The notes beneath the pieces are model-generated. The model was not told the DNA's origin and searched no databases. It saw nothing but the letters and a program-made list of their open reading frames with translations. From an uncultured Candidatus Binatia bacterium (lineage in GTDB: Bacteria; Desulfobacterota; Binatia; UBA9968; CAXXLF01), in contig OZ244621.1 of NCBI GenBank assembly GCA_965218425.1, positions 4,192,001 through 4,256,000 of the forward strand: DNA of 64,000 nucleotides. Reading direction: 5' to 3'. The position numbers and the translations under genes were made by a program. Below are positions 49,403 through 59,038 of the stretch, piece after piece; position 1 is the stretch's first letter; every line of letters begins with the position of its first letter.

Positions 49403-50443
49403 ATGTTAAAAATCGATACCGACACTCATTTTACCCCACTTGACGCATTTGACGAGGTGGATCCCGCCTATGCGGACGTAGGGCCCCATTTTGTCAAGCT
49501 TCCTGATGGCAAATTCAGGATCATCAATAAGTCACGTGACCAAATCAGACCAGACCACTTAAAACCCGTAAGGCACGTGGGCCACAACCCGAGCGACTTC
49601 GATATAGAGGTGAGACTTAACGCCATGGATGAATGTGGCTTCGACATGCAAGTCCTCATTCCCAACAACTCACCCTTTTACTATGACATCGACCCTATGT
49701 TGGGAGCGAGCGTATGTCGCTCCTTCAACAAAGCAATTGCCAAGATTCTCAAAAATCATCCTAAACGCTTCATCGGAACTGCACCCGTTCCCCTCCAGGA
49801 TACACGCTTGGCCATTCAGGAAATGGATTATGCAATCAAAGAGCTTGAACTCAGTGGCGTGATCATTTACCAGAATTTAAACGGCAAAGACTTGGATGCC
49901 GAATCGATATGGCCCGTTTACGAGAGGGCTGAGAAGTTAGGAATACCCCTTCTTGTGCACGGTTGTGACAGCGGCCCTCTCCTTGGGGTTGAGAGGTACG
50001 CTCGGTACAATCTCGACGTTCCTCTCGGGTTTGCTTTTGAGGTCTTCATGGCAATCTCCACCTTAATCTGCGGGGGAGTGGTCGAGAGATTTCCGAATCT
50101 TAAATTCGGTTTCTTCGAAGTGGGGGCGGGTTTCGTTCCATGGCTGGTGGATCGCCTGGAGACAGCTTATGAAGCGAGACCTGCAGTAAGAGCGAAAAAC
50201 TCGTTGAAGCCGAGAGAATGTTTTGAAAACTTTTTCTTCTCCCTAGGAGCCGATGATACCACATTGCCCCACGTGGTGGACCGAATGGGCAGTGGTCATC
50301 TCATGGTCGGGAGCGACTATCCGCACTCGGATGGAACCCATCCCGACACGATCAAAATGATAGAAGCGAACCGGGCGCTCAACAAAATAGACAAGGAAAA
50401 ACTCATAGGTGGGGCAGCGTCGGCGTTCTTCGGTTTAGATTGA
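49403..50443 (+). CDS. Amidohydrolase-2 family protein (ACMSD-like)
   Basis: IDTDTH, PVPLQD, PLLVH, FFEVG, GSDYPH. Confidence 0.92.
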   Translation: MLKIDTDTHFTPLDAFDEVDPAYADVGPHFVKLPDGKFRIINKSRDQIRPDHLKPVRHVGHNPSDFDIEVRLNAMDECGFDMQVLIPNNSPFYYDIDPMLGASVCRSFNKAIAKILKNHPKRFIGTAPVPLQDTRLAIQEMDYAIKELELSGVIIYQNLNGKDLDAESIWPVYERAEKLGIPLLVHGCDSGPLLGVERYARYNLDVPLGFAFEVFMAISTLICGGVVERFPNLKFGFFEVGAGFVPWLVDRLETAYEARPAVRAKNSLKPRECFENFFFSLGADDTTLPHVVDRMGSGHLMVGSDYPHSDGTHPDTIKMIEANRALNKIDKEKLIGGAASAFFGLD

Positions 50444-50670
50444 CGGCGGCGATTCACGGGGTTCACTTAACCCCTCCCAGAAAGTGAAGGGTGGAGTGAT
50501 TGGTAAGACCATAAGGCCTGAACCTGGCGGCCCGTGCGGACAACACTCAATTATTTCGATTTTTTCGCACTCCATTCTTTCATGGCAGCCATAGCACTCT
50601 TAACGACCCCCTCCTCATGGGGCCTTATCTTGCAGCTTTTATCGTAGGCATTGTACCGTGATGCGGCTCC

Positions 50671-52449
50671 TCAATGTCCGGTGATGCGTTGTTTATGTTG
50701 CACGGACACGCGCAAGCCAAAGACGCGGGCGATTACCGCCAGCCCCACCGTGAAGGTCATAATGAGCAGGCTGATAATGCTCGCCTCTTCGTACTGGCTG
50801 ATGGCCGGCGAGGCAAATTCCAGGGCGAGCAATGAGAGTGTCATGGTGTCACGGGAGGCCAACAAGATGATACTGCTCGTGGTCCCCGCAGCAATGACAA
50901 AGTTCAAGGTCGCCAGCAGGATCAACGACGGCATGAGCAGCGGTATCCATATCCTGAAGAAGGTCCTGACCCAGCCGGCGCCGCTCACCCGTGCGGCCTC
51001 TTCCATATCAGTGCCGATCTGGATGAAGACGCCCTTGAGGATATTGACTCCGGTGGTGTTGCCCTGGATCACAACCACCAGAATCAACGCCCAAATGGTG
51101 CCGAAAAGAAACTTGAGGGGTCTGATATCGGTACCGGGAATGTTCCCGATGAACATCCACAACAGCCCCAACCCCAAAAGGATGCCGGGAATAGCCGCCG
51201 AGCCCCAGATGATGGAGTCGAGGGCGACACGGCCCTTCCAGCGCGTGCGCACGAGAATATACGCGATGACGGAGAACAAAAGCGGGCTCAAAATAGCAGC
51301 GGTCAACGAGAGTTTTAACGTCGTGAACAACGCCTTCTGAAAAAGGGCGTCGGTAAACACGTTCACCCAGTGATCCACTGTCCAAACCGTGTTCAGAAAG
51401 AAGTATCCTGCCCGGGTCATGAAGCTCCCCATGACGAGCACAAGAGATGGAGCAATCGTCAGTAAAACTATGAGAACTGCAATTCCACTGAACACCACGA
51501 ACTTCCATCCGCCCAGGTCGATGAGACCTGGCTTGAAGTTCCCTGTGATTGTCGTGTAGCGGTGTCGCTGGATGATCCAACGTTGCGTGGGGAGGATGAA
51601 GGCGATCACCAACAGCGTGAGGCTCGCCAGCACCGTCGCATGGCCATAGTCAGGGACAGGTTGCCGGACCAGGTCGAAGATCTTCGTCGAATACACGTAG
51701 AATCCGAAGGGTTGGCCGAGCAGATACTCGGTTTCAAAGGACTGAAAGATTCTGAGCAACTGCAAGGCGAACACCAACGCCATGGGCGAGACCATGAGGG
51801 GCAAGGTCACGCGCACCATAGTCCGGAAGTTTGTTGCCCCGCCAACCCTCGCTGCTTCTTCCATGGCCGAGTCCATGTTCCGGAATGCGGGAGTGAGGAG
51901 CATGACCTTGATGGAGATGCCGTTAGCCATCAGGTGTGTCCAGACAATCCCCGGTACGCTAAAGACGTTAAAGGGCCCGTCCTCCACGAATGGAAGCTTC
52001 TCCACCAAGGTATTCAGAAAGCCGATGTCCGGGTCAAGCACCGTGATCCACGCGATGGTCGTGGAGATACTCGGCATCATAAACGAGACCCAGAAAAGGA
52101 ACTCGAAATGGTGGCTCCATGGGATGTTGGTCCGCGCAAGGGTCCAGGAGATCAGTACCGCCACGGGAAAGCTGATGCCAACCAAAAAAAACCAGATCAG
52201 AAAACTGTTGAACAGTGAAACCAGCAGACCCGGAGCCTGCCACGCGGTTTGCCAGTTGGCCACACCCCAGGTGTAGGGATCCACAAACCAGTCACGGGCG
52301 GTGTTAAAGCTGTTCACCAGTAGCAGGAGAGTCGGTACGGTCAGATACATGCCCACCGTCAGGAAGATCGCCGCCATGACGAAAAACGAGGCGCCTGGCG
52401 TTTTCAGCTCGGTGGGCAGTATCGATGCAAGCGGTCGGGCCAACTGCAT
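50671..52449 (-). CDS. Fused two-domain ABC permease (FbpB/ThiP-like)
   Basis: Two EAA loops; close paralog of the 46020 permease. Confidence 0.93.
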   Translation of the reverse strand: MQLARPLASILPTELKTPGASFFVMAAIFLTVGMYLTVPTLLLLVNSFNTARDWFVDPYTWGVANWQTAWQAPGLLVSLFNSFLIWFFLVGISFPVAVLISWTLARTNIPWSHHFEFLFWVSFMMPSISTTIAWITVLDPDIGFLNTLVEKLPFVEDGPFNVFSVPGIVWTHLMANGISIKVMLLTPAFRNMDSAMEEAARVGGATNFRTMVRVTLPLMVSPMALVFALQLLRIFQSFETEYLLGQPFGFYVYSTKIFDLVRQPVPDYGHATVLASLTLLVIAFILPTQRWIIQRHRYTTITGNFKPGLIDLGGWKFVVFSGIAVLIVLLTIAPSLVLVMGSFMTRAGYFFLNTVWTVDHWVNVFTDALFQKALFTTLKLSLTAAILSPLLFSVIAYILVRTRWKGRVALDSIIWGSAAIPGILLGLGLLWMFIGNIPGTDIRPLKFLFGTIWALILVVVIQGNTTGVNILKGVFIQIGTDMEEAARVSGAGWVRTFFRIWIPLLMPSLILLATLNFVIAAGTTSSIILLASRDTMTLSLLALEFASPAISQYEEASIISLLIMTFTVGLAVIARVFGLRVSVQHKQRITGH

Positions 52450-52582
52450 GGGCGTTCCTTCGCGTTGTTCCTACCGTCTTCTCTCTAGCTCATTGACCGT
52501 ACAGGTTGGCTCCCTCGCCGCAGTGGACAACCGGGTTCCCGCACAGGCGAGATTAACCCCACCCACCGAAACTCAGACCGGG

Positions 52583-53785
52583 CTAACGTTTCTGCGGCTT
52601 GCGGAAGATCTTACGTGCTTTTATGATGGCGTCGTCCCGGCGCGACGCGAACTGCGGGTCGGCGTTCAGATAGAGATACTTAACACCAGGCTCACGGCAT
52701 TCGCGTGGGTCGACCTTCCCGGTGCATGGGACGTCCTCGCGCAGAGTCGGGTCCGGGGAGCCTTCGGAGATTTGGTGCTTAAGGGTTTGGCCCTCCTTGC
52801 TCAGGAACCAATTGATGAAGAGTTTTGCGGCATTTGGGTGCGGCGCATTCTTGGCAAATTCGATATTGTCTCCGGCGGCCGCTCCACTCAAGGTGGGGGC
52901 TTCTTTGAAGGGTTTGTTCATTCGCTTGGCGCGCACGCCTTGCCTGATCAGCCTATCCAAATCACGCCGGCAAGAGCCTATGGAAACCCCGAAGGCGAAT
53001 TTGCCCTTTGCTATGCCGTCCACGATGAGCTTGCAGTTGTCCGTGAACGTCACCCCATGAGCCGGGTCAAACCACCGCTGGACCCACTCTTCGCCCACAT
53101 CGGGGTGCACCATGTAAGTGTAATAGCCCGCCACCTGATCGCTGAGCGCGCCAATGGCTACCAGTTTTCCCTTCCACTTCGGGTCGAGGTAGTCAAACAC
53201 AGAGTTCATAGAATCGATGTCGGCCTGGCTCACCCTGTCGATATTGTAGCGCATGCCGAGATTGAATGGCGACGCGTAGGCCCCGTGGTTCAGAACGAAT
53301 GTCTTGGTATCGGTATCGGCAAAAAACAACCGGCCCCTGAACCATTTTTTTCCATCGAGTACACTAGGGTGAATCAAGAGGGGTCGCAGCGGGGCAAGGC
53401 CACCTCCAGCGTGCAATCGCAAAGCCCCCGCGTCGCCGATCTGGATCACGTCTGCGGTATAGACCCCGGCCCGGTTTTCCGCCAGGAGCCGGTTGACTTG
53501 ATCGGTGCCAGAACCGGTGGACACAATCGACTTGACGCCAAACTTTTTGTCAAAGGCCTTGATAACGGGACGATACTGCCTGCTCGCTGAACCGCCCAAC
53601 ACGTGAACTATCGTTCCTTCTGCCTGCGCGGCCTTGATGAGCTTCGCCCACTCGTCATTGAACGATTTCGATTGCGCTGTTTGGGCGAGTGCCAGACGCG
53701 GAACCGGGTTTACCGAGAGGCCGAAGAACACGACCAGAATCGCGACTGCAGCACTCAGGAAGTTCACCGTTGTTAGCCTTTTCAT
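52583..53785 (-). CDS. ABC transporter extracellular solute-binding protein
   Basis: WAKLIKAAQAEG, LDPKWKGK, APHPNAAKLFINWFLSKEGQ; AGGAGGAG RBS. Confidence 0.9.
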   Translation of the reverse strand: MKRLTTVNFLSAAVAILVVFFGLSVNPVPRLALAQTAQSKSFNDEWAKLIKAAQAEGTIVHVLGGSASRQYRPVIKAFDKKFGVKSIVSTGSGTDQVNRLLAENRAGVYTADVIQIGDAGALRLHAGGGLAPLRPLLIHPSVLDGKKWFRGRLFFADTDTKTFVLNHGAYASPFNLGMRYNIDRVSQADIDSMNSVFDYLDPKWKGKLVAIGALSDQVAGYYTYMVHPDVGEEWVQRWFDPAHGVTFTDNCKLIVDGIAKGKFAFGVSIGSCRRDLDRLIRQGVRAKRMNKPFKEAPTLSGAAAGDNIEFAKNAPHPNAAKLFINWFLSKEGQTLKHQISEGSPDPTLREDVPCTGKVDPRECREPGVKYLYLNADPQFASRRDDAIIKARKIFRKPQKR

Positions 53786-53875
53786 CGCTCCTCCTATTCT
53801 GCCCCTTAATTGGGCCATGTGTCTTTCCGCTATTGCCACATTCTTGTCTAGTAACCAGATTTGAAATAGCTAGGT

Positions 53876-54926
53876 CTATTCGATGCCGTAGAGAGCCCGG
53901 GCATTGTTGTCCACGATCTTCTGAGCGATTGCTGGGACCACAGTGGAATCTTCCTTGAACCTCTTTATGGCTGTCAGCTCGCTTGTGGTATCGGCGTGAC
54001 CGTAATCGGTGCCCATGACCAGGTTGTCCTCACCCCCCACGTACTGCAACACATAGGGAATGTCGTCATTGGTTTGGCAGGCAACGTAGAACCGGTTTTC
54101 TTTCAGCAGATCGCCCTTGGGCCGGTCGTCATCGAATCGGGCCTCGCGCCAGGCGAGGCGGCGAGCGATATCACCGATCACGTAGGGCAGCCACTGACTG
54201 CTAACCTCGATGAACCCCCAGCGAAGTTCGGGGAATTGGCTCGGGACGCGACCCACAATCAGTGAATGAAAGGCACCCAGAACAGGCCACTTGAACCGGA
54301 GGAAGTTGCCCTGCCCCGGCGCCTGAGTCAAAAATTGGTCGATGTCCGCATTGCCAATACCCGCATGGAAGCAGACCGGGAGGTTCAAATTACTCGCCTC
54401 TTGGTACAAGGGGAAGAAGTGCGGGTCCGTTGAATGGTACTCTCCTTCAAATCCCCGCATGGTGACCCCGCAGGCGCCGTTCTCCCTGACAAAACCCATT
54501 TCGTCGATGGCATGGTCGATGCTCATAGCGGGCAGCACCGCAATCCAGCGCAGTCGGTCCCGCCCCTGGCGCCAGACATCAGCCATCCAACGGTTGTAGC
54601 TTTTGCAGATGGCCCGTTCCATTTGGGGATTGCTGAAGGTAATGCTCGTCCAGAGTGACGGGTGCAGCACTTGAATATCCGTACCGTATTTATCCATGTC
54701 GCGACGTCGACCGGGGATATCCAACATCTCCTGCGACTCGCGAGAGGTGTCCTTGCCGGTGTTCCCACGCCGGGCGCGGATTTTCCCGTCTATGACCTAG
54801 TATTTGTTTGGTCGGATCGGAGGGTTCCGTTACAGTGAAGGGCTTGTATCTCAGATCAGCTTCGTCGAAATAGTCCCAGGTACGGTCGGTCTCAATGACG
54901 TGAGCGTCGGCATCAATGATCGCCAT
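53876..54926 (-). pseudogene. Amidohydrolase-2 paralog with frameshift and nonsense codon
   Basis: MAIIDADAH...DPTKQ, then one extra base (54803-54805), then Y*VIDGK (TAG at 54797-54799 where the 17314 paralog has FWVIEGK); the rest is intact to GTDYGH. Confidence 0.88.
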
Positions 54927-55029
54927 CGTGACCCCCCCCCTTGAAAGGCCGGCGTACGCTAACATTTAGCCCTATGGCTGTTAACAGTCCAAAAGCTCTC
55001 TACATTTCGCTCCACGCTGTGAGATTTGC

Positions 55030-55345
55030 CCTGTTCATTCAACGCTTAACACTGGACACTCAACACTATTCTTTTCTGCGTCCGCATAGTGCCCGTTGCT
55101 AAGTGTCTTTTCGCTTTTCTCGCTCTGTCCCTACCTCTGTCTCTGTCTGTTCGTAGTCCTGTCGTCAGTAGTCCGTGAATTGCTGCCTACTGCTTACTGC
55201 CCCCTGGCTCCTACACCCTATCCCCTATTCCCTTATCTTAGCCTTTTGCGCCATGCTCTAATCACTTAACACTCTTTCTTCGACATCCTGTCCATTGCTT
55301 ACTGTCTTTATCTCTCCTCCCACTCAGTACTCGTTACTCGGCACA
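55030..55345 (+). repeat. Pyrimidine-rich mosaic of degenerate heptamer repeats
   Basis: tcaacgcttaacactggacactcaacact, gtagtcctgtcgtcagtagtcc, tgcctactgcttactgccc, cctacaccctatcccctattccct, tgcgccatgctcta, actcagtactcgttactcggcac. Confidence 0.7.
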
Positions 55346-55478
55346 AATTACGCACCGCGCATCGCACAAAATGGAGTCTTGACATAGATGCTTCTAGCCG
55401 ATAAAGGGGAGTTCCAATCATTTTTACATGTCCGTGAGACGGAAAAATCATTTCGATCTTCACAGGGAGGAAAAAAAT

Positions 55479-56384
55479 ATGTCCGTTGAAAATAAAGTCG
55501 TCTTAGTGACCGGGGGAGCCCGGGGTATGGGTCGCGAGATGGTCCGCGCATTCCTCAAAGAAGGAGCGAAGGTTGTCGCCACGGACATCTCGTGGGTTCC
55601 CACGGGGGTGTCCAACGATGATTTCGATTTCCGCGAGGAGCTCACGGGCAACCCCAACGTCCTCATTGGGGTCATGGACATCACGCTCCAATCCCACGTG
55701 AACGAGATTTACGATGAGGCCATGGAGAAATTCGGCACCATAGACGTGGTCATCAACAATGGGGGAACACGCCAGCGAGACCTCTACCTCAAGACACACG
55801 GGAGCGTCAGCATCCTGGACACGGACGTGAGCGAGTGGGAGCACATGTTCGCCACCCACGTCTTCGGCAACCTGCGAGTCATCAAGAAATTCGCGCAGCC
55901 CATGCTGGAGAAGAAGCGCGGGAGCATCGTCAACACCTCCTCTAGCCAGCTCCTGAATGCCCACGGCGCGGGGCAAGGTAACGCCACCGGCTACGGGTTG
56001 AGCCGGGAGGGCTCCTACCAGCCCGCCAAGGCGGCCATGGGGTCCATGACCATCTACCTGGCGCAGGAACTCAAGCAGCACAACATCGCCGTGAACCTGA
56101 TGATGCCCGGGCACACCAGAACCACCGGCTCGGACGAGCAGGAAACCGTCCGAAACGAGATCCGACAGCGCTTGGGCAGGGGCACATCAGACTTCGTTCC
56201 GCGACGGGTACGCGCCGACAATGTGGTGCCCCTCGCCTTGCACCTGGCCCAACAGGATGCCAACGGCATTACCGGGCAGTGGATCAGCTGCATGCAGTGG
56301 AACGAAAAGAACGGACTCGGAGGCTTCGAAGCCTGGGGCTACGAGCCTGATGTTGCGGCCGCGCGGGAGCGGGGCCGGTTGTAA
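55479..56384 (+). CDS. SDR family oxidoreductase
   Basis: TGGARGMG, NNGG, YQPAK, PGHTRT; GGGAGG RBS. Confidence 0.9.
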   Translation: MSVENKVVLVTGGARGMGREMVRAFLKEGAKVVATDISWVPTGVSNDDFDFREELTGNPNVLIGVMDITLQSHVNEIYDEAMEKFGTIDVVINNGGTRQRDLYLKTHGSVSILDTDVSEWEHMFATHVFGNLRVIKKFAQPMLEKKRGSIVNTSSSQLLNAHGAGQGNATGYGLSREGSYQPAKAAMGSMTIYLAQELKQHNIAVNLMMPGHTRTTGSDEQETVRNEIRQRLGRGTSDFVPRRVRADNVVPLALHLAQQDANGITGQWISCMQWNEKNGLGGFEAWGYEPDVAAARERGRL

Positions 56385-56642
56385 GGCCTGAAACAGACAC
56401 CGCCCACAGGTGTGGAGGTCCTCATGGCCTGCCCCCGCGCTCAGGTGCTGCGGCGGAGCGCTCTGCGGCTTCCCTCTTCCCATAACACTATTTCCTCTGC
56501 ACACTTCCCACTGCTCCCTGTCTTTCTCTCCATCTCTGTTTGTCCGCGATCAATTGGCTTAGTCCTGCCCAACAGGTATAGACTATTTGTTAACCAAAGA
56601 TTTGGTTGCATTACAGAGTTGAAACTAAGAAGCTGGGGCCCA

Positions 56643-57821
56643 ATGAAGGAGATTGAATCGTTGCGCACACCAGAGTCGATGGATTACGTTTACGTCCAAG
56701 AACCCGCAGCGCTGGAACCGCTGATCCGGCGCATCAAGGGGGACAAACGGGTAGCGCTGGATACCGAGGCCGATAGTCTGCACAACTATTTCGAAAAGGT
56801 TTGCTTGGTCCAGCTCTCCATCGGAGGCGAGCACTTCCTCGTGGACCCGCTTTCCGAATTAGACTTCAGCGGTTTCCTCGAAGCCCTGGCCGAGAAGCCG
56901 CTGATCGTGCACGGCGGCGACTACGATCTGCGCATGATGCGCACCTTCATGGGCTTCAGACCGCGCCGTGAAGTCTTCGACACCATGATCGCGGCGCAAT
57001 TGCTCGGCATCGAACAGATCGGTCTGGCCGCCCTCATCGAGAAATTCTTTGATATCACCATAGGAAAAGAGGGGCAGAAGTCTGACTGGTCACGCCGGCC
57101 CCTTAGCGAAAAACAGTTGCGTTACGCAGTCAACGACACTCGTTTTCTAGAGCGGCTCGCTGAACGCCTGCACGGTGAGCTGCTCCAGCGGGGACGGGTC
57201 CATTGGCATAGGGAAAGTTGCCGTGCCATGGTGGATTCCACCGAGCGTGATAATTCACGCAACCCGGATGAAGCCTGGCGCATCAAAGGCGCCGGGCGGC
57301 TGACCCGTCGTCAACTGGCCTATCTGCGGGAGCTCTGGCACTGGCGCGACAACCATGCCCGGCGCGCCAACGTGCCACCCTTCAAGGTCTTTGGCAATCA
57401 GCAGATGCTGGACTTGCTCCAGTGGGCCGAGTCTCATCCCAACACGCCCTCGGACCAGGGACCAAAATTGCCTCGCAACATCGTCGGCTCGCGGCTGAGG
57501 ACCCTCCAGGAGGCCATCGCCCGGGCCGCCGGCATGACGCCGGCACAGTGGCCGGAACGTCGCAGACACGTGCAGAGTTACACCCCACGCATGGACTGTA
57601 AGGAGCAGATCGACGCGCTACGCGGCGAGTGCGAGCGGATCGCAAAGGAATTGGAAATCGCCCCATCGACTCTAGCGCCCCGAGCCGCCATCGAGACCAT
57701 TGCCCGAAGCCGGCCCCGGACCATCCATGAGATTATGGCAAGTGGGGGCCTGCTGCGCTGGCAGGCGGAACTCCTACAAGCCGCGGTGGAAAATACTTTG
57801 CACTCGATGCGGGAAAAGTAG
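56643..57821 (+). CDS. rnd: Ribonuclease D (3'-5' exonuclease plus HRDC)
   Basis: ALDTEADS, CLVQLS, FDTMIAA, SDWSRRPL, YAVND; HRDC WRDNHARRANVPPFKV; start uncertain (56643/56661/56679). Confidence 0.88.
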   Translation: MKEIESLRTPESMDYVYVQEPAALEPLIRRIKGDKRVALDTEADSLHNYFEKVCLVQLSIGGEHFLVDPLSELDFSGFLEALAEKPLIVHGGDYDLRMMRTFMGFRPRREVFDTMIAAQLLGIEQIGLAALIEKFFDITIGKEGQKSDWSRRPLSEKQLRYAVNDTRFLERLAERLHGELLQRGRVHWHRESCRAMVDSTERDNSRNPDEAWRIKGAGRLTRRQLAYLRELWHWRDNHARRANVPPFKVFGNQQMLDLLQWAESHPNTPSDQGPKLPRNIVGSRLRTLQEAIARAAGMTPAQWPERRRHVQSYTPRMDCKEQIDALRGECERIAKELEIAPSTLAPRAAIETIARSRPRTIHEIMASGGLLRWQAELLQAAVENTLHSMREK

Positions 57822-57969
57822 CCATCACGAAGATAGTGCTCTGTGCATTGTCTTTTTGATATCAGAATTGCCCATCTCTAGACCCCATATTTCGCCATTC
57901 CCATATTATTTAGTTTTCCATCGGCTGGTTGGCATGATTCGATCCAATATACTTCGTGTGAGTTGAACG

Positions 57970-58830
57970 TCAGTCCAGCGAATATTTCTTTTCTGCCTCG
58001 TAGTAGGCGGGGAACCCGACGACATCGCGCAGATGGGCGAACCCGGCGATGTCATTGGGATGCTTGCCGTGCTTGATGGCGGCGAGGGCATGTTCCATTG
58101 CGTTGATCGCCGCGAGTATCAGTGTGAGCGGATAAACAACGATCTTGTACCCGATCTCTTCGAGTCGCCCGGCTGAAAGAACCGGCGTGCTCCCCTGCTC
58201 CACCATATTCGCCAACTTCGGTCCAGGCACGCTTTCGCAGTAAGCGCGCATCTCCTCCTCGTTCCGGGGTGCCTCAACAAAGCTAATGTCCGCGCCGATC
58301 TCCATGAACGTCCTGGCGCGCGGAATGGCCTCCTCAAAACCCTCCGTTCCATTGGCGTCCGTACGCGCCATAATAAGGATGTTGGCGCTCTCGGTGCGTG
58401 CATCCAACGCGGCTTGCACTCGGGCGAACGCCTCCTTGCGGCTGACCGTTTGCTTGCCGCTTGTATGGCCGCAACGCTTCGGCGTCACTTGGTCCTCGAT
58501 CATGATACAGGCGAAGCCGGCGTCCGCATAACCGCGCACCGTGCGCTTTACATTGAGGGCATTGCCGTAACCAGTATCGCCGTCACCGAACACCGGCACC
58601 GTTACGGAACTGCAGATGTTTCGTCCCTGATCCACCATCTCCGCGTAAGAGATAAGCCCCGTGTCCGGCATGCCAATCCGTGTAGCAGAAACGGCGAAGC
58701 CGCTCATAAAAGCCGCACTGAAACCGGCGCGTTCAATAAGCTTCGCGGTCATGGCGTCGAAACACCCTGGCATCACAATGACGCCTGGGTCGGCAAGCAG
58801 CTGGCGCAATCGTGCGGTGGCGGTCTCCAT
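57970..58830 (-). CDS. Isocitrate lyase/PEP mutase family protein (methylisocitrate lyase/CPEP mutase-like)
   Basis: DGDTGYG, IEDQVTPKRCGH, ARTDA. Confidence 0.92.
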   Translation of the reverse strand: METATARLRQLLADPGVIVMPGCFDAMTAKLIERAGFSAAFMSGFAVSATRIGMPDTGLISYAEMVDQGRNICSSVTVPVFGDGDTGYGNALNVKRTVRGYADAGFACIMIEDQVTPKRCGHTSGKQTVSRKEAFARVQAALDARTESANILIMARTDANGTEGFEEAIPRARTFMEIGADISFVEAPRNEEEMRAYCESVPGPKLANMVEQGSTPVLSAGRLEEIGYKIVVYPLTLILAAINAMEHALAAIKHGKHPNDIAGFAHLRDVVGFPAYYEAEKKYSLD

Positions 58831-59038
58831 CGTTTACTCCTTACTTCTTTGATTTCTTTTAGAACCGGGCTGGCAACAGAATAGTAGTCTAAAAGCCCGC
58901 CCCAGCTCTTCTTAAACTGGCCAGAGAGTCAGGCAACATGAAAAGAGGGGCGAGCTCCCGTACGACGGTGGTTGATGCCACCAGCGATCAGTCGAGGTTG
59001 GGGTCGCGTCGTTAGATCAAGTTAATCTGGAGCCCGTT

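Noticed and set aside
52301..53590. 429-aa plus-strand ORF
   Set aside because: Antisense shadow of the SBP gene; the same applies to long shadow ORFs such as 4836-5657, 18063-18824 and 37817-38617
58884..58957. Possible structured RNA or terminator (GCCCGCCCC...GGGGCGAGC)
   Set aside because: Imperfect long-loop inverted repeat with no recognisable family motif
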